From: Polyangiaceae bacterium
GTDB lineage: Bacteria > Myxococcota_A > Polyangia > Polyangiales > Polyangiaceae
Direction: 5' to 3'
Length of the DNA stretch: 64,000 nt
NCBI GenBank assembly: GCA_035063585.1
Contig: JAPSGB010000004.1
Location: 1 to 64,000 of the forward strand
Position 1 is the first letter of the stretch. Each line of letters opens with the position of its first letter. Both the position numbers and the translations under genes were made by a program. Below are positions 28,905 through 39,191 of this stretch, in pieces. The notes under the pieces are model-generated. The model ran no database searches, was not told where the DNA came from, and saw nothing but the letters and a program-made list of their open reading frames with translations.

Positions 28905-29444
28905 ATGAGCCAAGTAAACTGGGATTTCGACCACGCGCACTCGAGCGTCAACTTCTGGGTCCGGCACCTCATGGTGTCGAAGGTGCGCGGCCGCTTCGCG
29001 ACGTGGGACGGCACGTTGTCCTTCGATCCCGACGATCTCACCACCGCCAAGCTCGAGGTCACCATCGACGCCGGGAGCATCGAGACCCGCGAGGAGAAGC
29101 GCGACGCGCACCTCCGATCGCCAGATTTCCTCGACGCCGAGAAGTTTCCGAAGCTGACCTTCAAGTCGAGCAAGATCGAGAAGAAGAGCGGCGACAAGTA
29201 CGCGCTCTCGGGTGACCTCACGATTCGCGGCGTGACCAAGCCGGTCACGCTCGACGTCGAGTACTCGGGCACGGTGACGGACCCGTGGGGCGGTTCGCGC
29301 GCGGGCTTCTCCGCGAGCACCAGCTTGAACCGCCGGGATTTCGGGCTCGAGTGGAACCAGGCGCTCGAGGCCGGCGGCGTCCTCGTGGGCGACAAGGTGA
29401 ACCTCGATCTCGAGATCGAGGTCATGAAACAGAAGGCCTCCTGA
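28905..29444 (+). CDS. yceI: YceI-family polyisoprenoid-binding protein
   Basis: DHAHSSVNFWVRHLMVSKVRGRF, RDAHLRSPDF, GDLTIRGVTK, DPWG, RRDFGL. Confidence 0.95.
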   Translation: MSQVNWDFDHAHSSVNFWVRHLMVSKVRGRFATWDGTLSFDPDDLTTAKLEVTIDAGSIETREEKRDAHLRSPDFLDAEKFPKLTFKSSKIEKKSGDKYALSGDLTIRGVTKPVTLDVEYSGTVTDPWGGSRAGFSASTSLNRRDFGLEWNQALEAGGVLVGDKVNLDLEIEVMKQKAS

Positions 29445-29445
29445 G

Positions 29446-31212
<1,767 letters not shown>

Positions 31213-31275
31213 CGCTCGGGAGGCTAGGTGACCGCGCATCCGATGGCTAGCCGAGCGTGAGACGCGCGGCCAGGG

Positions 31276-31851
31276 TCAGTGGCCGCCGAGCCAGCCGACC
31301 CCGAAGACGACGCCGACCACGCTCGGGATGAGGCCGATCGCCGAGCCTAGGACGTAGTCTTTGGTGCGAATACCAGTGAAGGCGAGCGCGTAGTCGAGCG
31401 GCGGTGAGAGCCAGAGCACGAGCCTCAGCACGATGACGCTGCTCACGGGGTGCGTCTCCACGCGCTCCAGCATCTTGGCGAGGAGCCGCCAGCGCGGCGT
31501 CCACGAGCGCTCTCGCTGGCTCCGCATCCCGCGAACCACGAGGAAGGGCACCGTCACCGACAGGACCGCGCCGAAGTAGGCGAGCAGGAGCCCGTTCGTA
31601 GGACCGAAGGCGGCGCGCGCGAGCGCGATGAACACCATGCCGGGCACGTGCACGAGCTCGCCGATCACGAAGGCGAGCAGGTACGCCGGTGGCGCCCAGG
31701 CTCCGAAGGAGTCCACCCAGCTCGCGATGGCCGCCTGGGTGAGCCGCCCGGTGTGCCAGGCCCACACGCCCAGCGCCGCGCACGCCGCGAGCAGCAGGAA
31801 CAGCGCGATCTGCCGGACGCGGAGCCAGGTCATGACCAGGCTCCGACTCAT
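31276..31851 (-). CDS. VTT (TVP38/TMEM64/DedA-like) membrane protein
   Basis: Hydrophobic; HVPG..FG...G pattern, VLRL, YALAFTGI..KDYVLGS.IG.IP. Confidence 0.85.
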   Translation of the reverse strand: MSRSLVMTWLRVRQIALFLLLAACAALGVWAWHTGRLTQAAIASWVDSFGAWAPPAYLLAFVIGELVHVPGMVFIALARAAFGPTNGLLLAYFGAVLSVTVPFLVVRGMRSQRERSWTPRWRLLAKMLERVETHPVSSVIVLRLVLWLSPPLDYALAFTGIRTKDYVLGSAIGLIPSVVGVVFGVGWLGGH

Positions 31852-31860
31852 AGCACGGCT

Positions 31861-34110
31861 CTACGGCGTGAGCGGGAGGTCAGCGACGTCGGTCCCGAAA
31901 TGGCCGAGCCGCTGCACCTTGGCGCGGTCCCCGGCGATCGAATAGACGAGCTGGTCGACGAAGACGCTCCGCTCGACCGCCGAGTTTGCGCTCGACCACC
32001 AGGTGGAGCAGCTCACCCCGGCGCGACCGTGATCGATACCGCCGAGGCGCTCGAAGCCGCGTTCGACGTTCACGTCGTAGACGAGGAGCCCGCTGAAGGT
32101 GAGCCGATCACCGTACGCGCCGTCGCCGCCGCCCTCGCAGATGGTCATCGGGATGGCGAGCAGCCCGCGCTCCGGGAAGTAGTTGAAGGCGAGGTGGTCG
32201 GTGGCGGCCGCCGAGCTCGAGCCGCGTGAACCGATCTTCTCCTTGTGGAGGAGCTTCGGTTCGGTCGGGCTCTTCACGTCGAAGAGCTGCAGGATGACGC
32301 CATCGAAGTACGCGAAGTCTCCGTGGTCGTCCGCGTCGAAGCCGATGCTGAGCAGGTGGTCCGGGTCGAGGCGATGGATGTAGGTGGAAAATCCCGGGAT
32401 CTTGAGCTCGCCGAGCACGGTCGGGCGCGCGGGGTCGTAGAGATCGAGGACGAAGAGCGGGTCCGTCTTCTTGAAGGTGACCACGTAGCCGCGGTCGTCG
32501 TCGAAACGTACCGCGCGGATGTCCTCGCCCGGCGCGATCCCGGAGATTGCGCCAACCCGCACCAGGGCGCCGCCCGCGCTCTCCCGCAGGATGGAGAGCT
32601 CGCTCTCGACGTTCGGATCGGGGACGCGCCCCTTGCTGGTCGCGACGCGTAGGTAACCGTACCACTCGTCCATCGAGAACTGGTTCAGCACGTGGCCAGG
32701 GACGACGCCGCTGCCAACGTAGCGCGTGTCCCCCGCGCGCTCACCGATGCGGAACTTGTGCACCGCGCTCACCTCGCCGGCGTTGGAGTAAAACCAGCGG
32801 CCTCGGCCCGGGCGACTCCGCGTCACCGCGACGTAGAGCGCGTCGCCCGAGGCGTACACCGCGCCCGGTCGGCTCTCGATGGTCTCGGTCGTGACCGGTG
32901 AGCGGTCGTCACCGAGCTCGAAGGAGACGATCGAGGTGAACGCGTGGCCGTCGTCCGCCTTGGGGCGGAGGAGTCCGCGGCAGAGCGAGGTCTTCTGGCC
33001 GTCCTCGGTGAGGGTCGGCAGCGCAGCCCGAGACGCGCGGATTTTCCGCTCGTTCTCCCGCTTCAAGGCCGCGAGCCGCGCGCGCACGGTCGCCTCGCGG
33101 ACGCCGCACCACGGCAGCTCGACGGGCCAGGTCGCATAGCTCGGGCGAGGCGAGTCGCCGTCGGCGACCACGGTATGGATCGCCTGGCCGATACGGCGCG
33201 CCGCCATGAGCGAGCCGGAGAGCTCGAGCTCGCGCAGTCGCCTGGGCGCCGATGGCTTCGAGACGTCGAACACGGTGATCCGCGTCGAGGAGCCATCGCC
33301 GGCGAACTGGCAGTCGTAGCCGTAGGTGCACGACTTCCGGCTGCCCGCGCTCGAGCTGTACACGACCGCGCGCTCTCCCTCGACGAAGAGCTCGCGCGCG
33401 GTGCCGGGGAGCTTGGTGACCGAGACCACGCGCGGCCGAAGCGCCTCGACGATGCGGAGCGCGCCGTTCATCGCGAGGTAGAGGTAACGGCCGTCGGTCT
33501 TCACGAGATCTGCCTCGTCGACGCCAGCCACCTGGTTGTTGGTCGACGAGTACTGGGTCGCCTTCGCGGCGGCCATCGGCCGCGAGCCCACGACCAGCCG
33601 CACCCCCGCGCCCCGGCCATACGCGACGCCCCCGCCGCCCGAGCCGACCCCGCTCAGCCCGAGCCCGCCGTAACCGTAAGACTCCCCGAACGCGTAGGCT
33701 CGCCGGGACTCCTCGTCGCGCCGCCGATACTCGGCCCAACAGCTCGGCTGCTCGGCGACCCATGCACCATACTCTGCGTCGACCGCGGCACGCATCGCGC
33801 GGATCTCGTCCGCTATCCGCCGCTCCTCGAGCTCGGTCTGAGCCTCGCATCCGAGCGGCTCGAGGCGCGCGTCGGCGAGCACGTCGGCGGCCGGCTCACC
33901 GGCCATCGCGGCCGTCACCACCGGCGGGGGCGGTCGCGCCGGCGGGCTCGCCGAGGCATGCGCCGGCGGCGCGATGGCGGCCGGCGGCTTCGCGACGATG
34001 GGCGGCTTCGGTGCACGCGCGGCCGGCGGCGCGGCTCCGGGCGCGCAGCCGAGCGTGGCGAAGCCGAGGAGCGAGAGCGCAAGGCCGAGCCGCGAGTGCG
34101 AGGGGCGCAT
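31861..34110 (-). CDS. Beta-propeller domain lipoprotein (Beta_propel family)
   Basis: TLGC; STNNQVAGVDEADLVKTDG, LNQFSMDE, YVVTFKKTDPLF, GELKIPGFSTYIH. Confidence 0.9.
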   Translation of the reverse strand: MRPSHSRLGLALSLLGFATLGCAPGAAPPAARAPKPPIVAKPPAAIAPPAHASASPPARPPPPVVTAAMAGEPAADVLADARLEPLGCEAQTELEERRIADEIRAMRAAVDAEYGAWVAEQPSCWAEYRRRDEESRRAYAFGESYGYGGLGLSGVGSGGGGVAYGRGAGVRLVVGSRPMAAAKATQYSSTNNQVAGVDEADLVKTDGRYLYLAMNGALRIVEALRPRVVSVTKLPGTARELFVEGERAVVYSSSAGSRKSCTYGYDCQFAGDGSSTRITVFDVSKPSAPRRLRELELSGSLMAARRIGQAIHTVVADGDSPRPSYATWPVELPWCGVREATVRARLAALKRENERKIRASRAALPTLTEDGQKTSLCRGLLRPKADDGHAFTSIVSFELGDDRSPVTTETIESRPGAVYASGDALYVAVTRSRPGRGRWFYSNAGEVSAVHKFRIGERAGDTRYVGSGVVPGHVLNQFSMDEWYGYLRVATSKGRVPDPNVESELSILRESAGGALVRVGAISGIAPGEDIRAVRFDDDRGYVVTFKKTDPLFVLDLYDPARPTVLGELKIPGFSTYIHRLDPDHLLSIGFDADDHGDFAYFDGVILQLFDVKSPTEPKLLHKEKIGSRGSSSAAATDHLAFNYFPERGLLAIPMTICEGGGDGAYGDRLTFSGLLVYDVNVERGFERLGGIDHGRAGVSCSTWWSSANSAVERSVFVDQLVYSIAGDRAKVQRLGHFGTDVADLPLTP

Positions 34111-34245
34111 GGGGGTTCCGACCACCACGCGTCGCGAAGGTTCCCGCGAGCGGGTTCGAGCGGCCGCGGGAGGTCGGGGCGGCGCGGCCGGCGGCGCGGC
34201 GCGCCGCCCCTTGACGCCGGCGCGCGGAGCCCGCAATCCGGCCTC

Positions 34246-34956
34246 ATGAGCGGACAGGCCGCCAGGGTTTGCCTGGTATTTGGCGTCGGGCCCGGGCTCG
34301 GCGCGGGGTTCGCGCGGCGCTTCGCGGCCGAAGGCTACCGGGTCGCGCTCCTCGCGCGAGGCCTCGGGTTCACGAGCGCGCTCGCCGCCGAGCTCCCCGA
34401 GGCGCGCGCGTACGCGTGTGACGCTACGGACGCCGCCTCGATCGCCGCCGCCTTCGCGCGCGTGCGCGCCGAGCTCGGCGAGCCGGACGTGCTCGTCTAT
34501 AACGCGGGCTCGGGGATCTGGGGCGACGTCGAGTCGATCACTGCCGCGGAGTTCGAGCTCTCTTGGCGCGTGAACGCGCTCGGCGCGTTCCTCGCGTCGC
34601 GCGAGGTCATCCCGGGCATGAAGGCGAAGGGGCGCGGCGCCATCGTGTTCGTCGGGGCCACTGCCTCGCGGCGCGGGGTGCCGCGCACCGCCGCCTTCGC
34701 GCCCGCCAAGGCGGCGCAGAAGAGCCTCGCCGAGTCGATGGCGCGGACGCTCTGGCCGGCCGGGATCCATGTCGCGCTCATCATCGTCGACGGCATGGTC
34801 GATCTCCCGCGCACCCGCGACCGGATGAAGGACGCGCCAGACTCGTTCTTCATCCGACCGGACGACGTCGCGGAGCTCGCCTTCCGCCTGGTCGAGCAGC
34901 CGCGCTCCGCGTGGTCGTTCGAGGTCGAGGCGCGCCCGTTCGGCGAGCGCTGGTGA
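34246..34956 (+). CDS. SDR-family oxidoreductase
   Basis: GVGPGLG, VYNAG, GATASRRG, FAPAKAAQ. Confidence 0.9.
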   Translation: MSGQAARVCLVFGVGPGLGAGFARRFAAEGYRVALLARGLGFTSALAAELPEARAYACDATDAASIAAAFARVRAELGEPDVLVYNAGSGIWGDVESITAAEFELSWRVNALGAFLASREVIPGMKAKGRGAIVFVGATASRRGVPRTAAFAPAKAAQKSLAESMARTLWPAGIHVALIIVDGMVDLPRTRDRMKDAPDSFFIRPDDVAELAFRLVEQPRSAWSFEVEARPFGERW

Positions 34957-37304
34957 CCTCAGCGAGCGATTCCGCGCCGGAGCGGCCCCCCCCAGGAGCC
35001 GCGCGCGACGGCGTGGCGGCGCGAGGCTCCGCGCGCGTGGGCGCTCCGGCGGCGCGGCTCGACGGACGCCGGCTGCGGCGCGGCGGCGTGCTCGCGCTCT
35101 TCGCCGGATGCGCGGCGCTGCTCGCGCTCCACGCGCGGTATTACTGGCCGTTCTTGTCCGACGACGCGCTCATCTCGCTCCGCTACGCGGAGCGATTCGC
35201 GAGCGGTCACGGGCTCACTTGGACGGATGGGGAGCGGGTCGAAGGGTACACCGATTTCTTGTGGGTGCTCCTCACCGCGCTACCCATTCGGCTCGGCGCC
35301 GATCCGATCGCGACCGCGCGAGCGCTCGACGCGCTGGGGGCGCTCGCGGCGCTCGCGCTCACGTCGTGCACGCCGCGTCCCCTGGCTCTCCGCGGCGTGC
35401 GCGTGCTCTCGGGCGGCCTCGGCCTCGCGCTCCTCGCGCCGCTCGCGGTGTGGTCGATCGGCGCGCTCGAGCACGGGTTCATGGCCGGCGTCATCGCGGC
35501 GGCGCTCGTCGCGCTCGCGCGCGCGCTCGGCCCGGGCGGTGGCCGGGGGTCGCTCACCGCCGCCGGGCTCGCGCTCGCCGCGCTGGCGCTCCTTCGAGCG
35601 GACGGCGTCGTGCTGGCTCTCGCCGGTACGCTCGGCGCGCTCCTCGCCGGCCGGCCTTCCCGCGCGACGCTCCGGCGCGCCGCGCTGGTGGGGCTCCCGA
35701 CCGCGCTCGCGCTCGCCGCGCAGCTCGCTTTCCGGCTCGCCTATTATCGGCAGTGGGTGCCGAACACCGCGCTCGCCAAGGTGAGTCTCAACGCGGAGAG
35801 GCTCACGCTGGGGCTCGAGTACGTGCGGGACGGCGCGAAGCCGCTCGTCCCGATGATCGCGCTGGCGCTCGCGCTCACGCTCGCCGGCTGGAGGGAGCTG
35901 CGCCGCGAGCGGTGGCTGCCCGCCGCGACCATGACGCTCGGCTGGTCCGCTTACGTGGCGCTGGTCGGCGGCGACATCTTCCCGGCGTGGCGCCAGCTCT
36001 TGCCGGCGATGGTGCCGCTCGCGATGCTCATCGCCGAGGGGGCCGAGGCGTGCGCGCGGCGCCATCGGCTCGGCGCGCTCGGCGCGGTGGCGGTGGCGCT
36101 CCCGCTGCTCGGGCTCGGGTTCGCCAGGCAACATGGGGACGGCACCAACCGGCGCGGCAAGACCGAACGATGGGAGTGGGACGGCCTCAGCATCGGCCCG
36201 ATGCTCGGGCGCGCGTTCGGAAAGCAGAAGGCGCTGCTCGCGGTGGACGCGGCCGGCGCGCTTCCCTACTGGTCGAAGCTCCCGAGCCTCGACATGCTCG
36301 GCTTGAATGATCGCTTCCTCGCGAGCCATCCGCCGCGCGATTTCGGTCACGGGGCCATCGGTCACGAGCTCGGCAACGGCGCGTACGTGTTCGAGCGTCG
36401 CCCCGACATCATCGCGTTCAACAACGCGGCCGGCGCGCCCGAGCCAGGCTTCCGCTCGGGCCGCGAGCTGCTCCAGCTCCCCGCCTTCCGTGCCGAGTAC
36501 CAGCGCATCCGGGTCCGGGGCGCGGGCACCTCGCCCGTGACCGGTTGGCTCTGGCTGAGGCGTGAAGGCGGCCCGCTCGGGGTCTCGCGGGCCCGAGAGG
36601 CGATCCGCGTCCCTGGCTACTTCTTCGCGGGCGGCGAGGCGGAGGCAGGGCTCGACGAGGGCGCTCGCCTGGTCACGCGCGTGAGTGCCGACGCGGGGGC
36701 CAAGCTGCCCACCTTCGCGCTGCCCGCCGGAGCCTGGCGGCTAGAGCTCGAGGCGCCGGCGGCCGGAGCGCGCGTCCGCTATCGCTGCGACGGAAGGAGC
36801 GCGCTGCCGCCGAGCGACGTCATCGAGCTCGACGCGCCGAGGTCCGTCGACGCGCTGGTAGCCGGGGCGGACGCCCCGTTCTCCATCGACCACGCGGTGT
36901 TTCGTCGCGTGCCCGGCAGCGGCGGACGGTGCCCACGCGGCGGCCACGCGCTCGAGCTCTCGGCCGAGGCCCTACCCCCGGCGCGACCCGACGGCCTCGC
37001 ATGGGACGCGGCGGAGAACGTGCTGTTCGACACCGCCGGTGTCCGCGTCACCCTCCCCGAGCCATCACACGCGGGCGGGCTCGAGCTCGCGCTCGACGCG
37101 AACGACGGGTATGAGGTGGAGTTCTACTCGGGTCGGCGCGCGCTCGAGCGAGCGAGCGTCCCGGTCGCCCGCGGCTCCGGGCTCGTCACACGGCGGTTGC
37201 TCGTGCCCGAGCCGGCCGCCCTCATCGGGTTCGACGCGCTCGAGGTGCGGCCCGCGCGGGGTGACGGGTACTATTCGATGGGCCACCTCGCGCTCACCCC
37301 CTAG
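34953..37304 (+). CDS. GT-C-type (AftB-like) integral membrane glycosyltransferase with extracellular C-terminus
   Basis: DDALISLRYA, ERVEGYT, PNTALAK, GGDIFP, AGALPY, DMLGLND, GHE. Confidence 0.75.
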   Translation: MTSASDSAPERPPPGAARDGVAARGSARVGAPAARLDGRRLRRGGVLALFAGCAALLALHARYYWPFLSDDALISLRYAERFASGHGLTWTDGERVEGYTDFLWVLLTALPIRLGADPIATARALDALGALAALALTSCTPRPLALRGVRVLSGGLGLALLAPLAVWSIGALEHGFMAGVIAAALVALARALGPGGGRGSLTAAGLALAALALLRADGVVLALAGTLGALLAGRPSRATLRRAALVGLPTALALAAQLAFRLAYYRQWVPNTALAKVSLNAERLTLGLEYVRDGAKPLVPMIALALALTLAGWRELRRERWLPAATMTLGWSAYVALVGGDIFPAWRQLLPAMVPLAMLIAEGAEACARRHRLGALGAVAVALPLLGLGFARQHGDGTNRRGKTERWEWDGLSIGPMLGRAFGKQKALLAVDAAGALPYWSKLPSLDMLGLNDRFLASHPPRDFGHGAIGHELGNGAYVFERRPDIIAFNNAAGAPEPGFRSGRELLQLPAFRAEYQRIRVRGAGTSPVTGWLWLRREGGPLGVSRAREAIRVPGYFFAGGEAEAGLDEGARLVTRVSADAGAKLPTFALPAGAWRLELEAPAAGARVRYRCDGRSALPPSDVIELDAPRSVDALVAGADAPFSIDHAVFRRVPGSGGRCPRGGHALELSAEALPPARPDGLAWDAAENVLFDTAGVRVTLPEPSHAGGLELALDANDGYEVEFYSGRRALERASVPVARGSGLVTRRLLVPEPAALIGFDALEVRPARGDGYYSMGHLALTP

Positions 37305-37315
37305 GGAGCCGGAGC

Positions 37316-38386
37316 TCAGGGCGACTCACCCGAACGGACGGGATATCCCTTCGACTTCCACACCCCGAGCCCCTCCTCGAGCACGGTGACTTTCGTGAAG
37401 CCTTGCTTCTGGAGCGCCACGGCGAGCTGGCCGCTCTCGGCGTGCGGGCACGCGCAGTAGCAGACGAGCCAGGCGCTCTTCGGGAGCTTTTCGAGATATC
37501 GCGCGACGTCGTAGAAGGGCACGCTCACGGCGCCCGCGATGTGCTCGAGCGCGTAGTCGGCCGGCGCGCGCGCATCGAGCAGCGCGAGCTTCGCGCCTCG
37601 GTCGAGCTCGTGCTTCACCACGTCCACGCGAGTGGTCGCGGGATACTTTGCGAACCCGGAGGGCTCGGGGCCGTGCGGGTTCAGCGGCACCGGCCCGAGC
37701 GCGATGGGACCGCTGAGCCGCGGACGCGCGGGGCTCGGCGGCGCAGGGCGCGGCGGATTTCTCAAGAACGCGACCACGTCCTCCACCCCGCCATCACCGA
37801 GCTTCTTCCCAAAGGCCGGCATCTTGGTGCCTGCGCGCCCCTCTTGGATCGCGAGCCGCAGGAAACCGTTGGTAGCCTCGCGGAGAAAATCCACGTTTCC
37901 GATCCGCACATAGGGGCCGCCCACTCCGTGCGCTCCGTGACAGCGCTCGCACTCGACCTGATAGATCCGCTCTCCGCGCGTGGCGTCACCCTTGGCGAGC
38001 CGCTCGTCGAGGTTCGCGCGCGGCGCGTGGTCCCAGGTCCGGAGGTACTGGACCACGGCGTCGATGTCCGTGGCCGAGAGCGGGCCGCCGCGCTCCTTCG
38101 ACCACGCGGACATGGTCGAACCGGCGCGCCCGTCGGTGATCGCGGCGCGGAGGAAGGAGTCGCTCACCGATGCGAGAAAATCCGGGTGCGCGAGCCGCGT
38201 GGCCTCATCCGCGCGGTAGCCCTCGCCCCGCTCGCCGTGACAGACGGCACAGAGGCGAGCGTAGAGCTCCTGCCCGTGGCGCGCCTCGGGCGGGAGCGCG
38301 GCGTTGGGATCGGTCGCCTTGCGGCTGCACGACGCCGCGGCCGCAAAGGCGAGCGTGAGCCCGAGGATCATCGAGAGAGCGCGCAT
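37316..38386 (-). CDS. Di-heme cytochrome c / rhodanese fusion lipoprotein
   Basis: AAASC; CAVCH and CERCH; LLDARAP..Y...HIAGAVSVP; YCACPH; LEEGLGVW. Confidence 0.85.
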   Translation of the reverse strand: MRALSMILGLTLAFAAAASCSRKATDPNAALPPEARHGQELYARLCAVCHGERGEGYRADEATRLAHPDFLASVSDSFLRAAITDGRAGSTMSAWSKERGGPLSATDIDAVVQYLRTWDHAPRANLDERLAKGDATRGERIYQVECERCHGAHGVGGPYVRIGNVDFLREATNGFLRLAIQEGRAGTKMPAFGKKLGDGGVEDVVAFLRNPPRPAPPSPARPRLSGPIALGPVPLNPHGPEPSGFAKYPATTRVDVVKHELDRGAKLALLDARAPADYALEHIAGAVSVPFYDVARYLEKLPKSAWLVCYCACPHAESGQLAVALQKQGFTKVTVLEEGLGVWKSKGYPVRSGESP

Positions 38387-38565
38387 GATGGCGACCAGGC
38401 GCGAGCATAGTGGCGCGCGAAGAAGCGAGCCAGCGCCGAGACGCCAGGCTCGCCCGAGCGCGCCTCGCGAGCCCCGATTCGAGGCCGCCGCAGACCGCCG
38501 CTCCCGGCGGCAGCTCCCCGGGTTCTTGGCCCAGCTCGCGCATGGAACGGAAAATTGCCTCCGCC

Positions 38566-39138
38566 ATGCCCGGCCGACGCCTCTTCTCCATCCTCGCGCT
38601 CGCGTGGGTGGTCGGCTGCGCCCCGGGCGCGGGCGACGATGCCGCGCTGTCGCGCAGCCGCGAGAGCGCGCTCCGCGTGGGTGAGCACCTCCCGGAAGGA
38701 AGCGAGGCGGCGACCGTCGGCGCCATCGAGGAGCGTATCCGCAAGGGGACGCCGCGCTTCGGCGCGCTCGTCGAGTGCGAGTGCCCGAGCATCGTCTTCA
38801 AGGATGAGGAAGGCACCGGCTCGGATCGGGTGATGACCCCGCGCCTGCGCGCCGGGCTCGAGCGGCTCTCGCGCCTGGTGAGCCGCCGCTGGGGGCTCGC
38901 GCTCCGCGTCACCGAGGCGTGGGATGGCGAGGGCGAGCACGGCCCCGAGAGCCTCCACTACGAGGGACGCGCCGCGGATCTCACCACCTCCGACGTCGAT
39001 CGCGCCAAACTCGGCTGGCTCGCGCGGCTCGCGGTCGAGGCCGAGCTCGACTGGGTCTACTTCGAGGACGCCTCGCACGTGCACGTCTCGGTGCGCGCGG
39101 AGACGCCCTCACGACGAGAGCGCAAGACCGCGCGCTGA
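38566..39138 (+). CDS. Hedgehog N-terminal signalling-domain (HH_signal / LAS Zn-peptidase fold) lipoprotein
   Basis: [65 protein letters not shown] match animal Hedgehog motifs; VVGC lipobox. Confidence 0.92.
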   Translation: MPGRRLFSILALAWVVGCAPGAGDDAALSRSRESALRVGEHLPEGSEAATVGAIEERIRKGTPRFGALVECECPSIVFKDEEGTGSDRVMTPRLRAGLERLSRLVSRRWGLALRVTEAWDGEGEHGPESLHYEGRAADLTTSDVDRAKLGWLARLAVEAELDWVYFEDASHVHVSVRAETPSRRERKTAR

Positions 39139-39191
39139 GCGCGGCGCCGCGCGGTTGCGCGAGCCCGCCCCCGGTCCTAGGCTCCCGCGCC

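Noticed and set aside
38543..38558. TGGAAC...TTGC as a sigma54 promoter for the Hedgehog gene
   Set aside because: GG-to-GC spacing is 11 rather than 10, and it is too close to the ATG at 38566.
38566..39138. Eukaryotic contamination as the source of the Hedgehog-like sequence
   Set aside because: No introns, host-like GC-rich codons, a bacterial lipobox and continuous bacterial context; a read-level check is still advisable.
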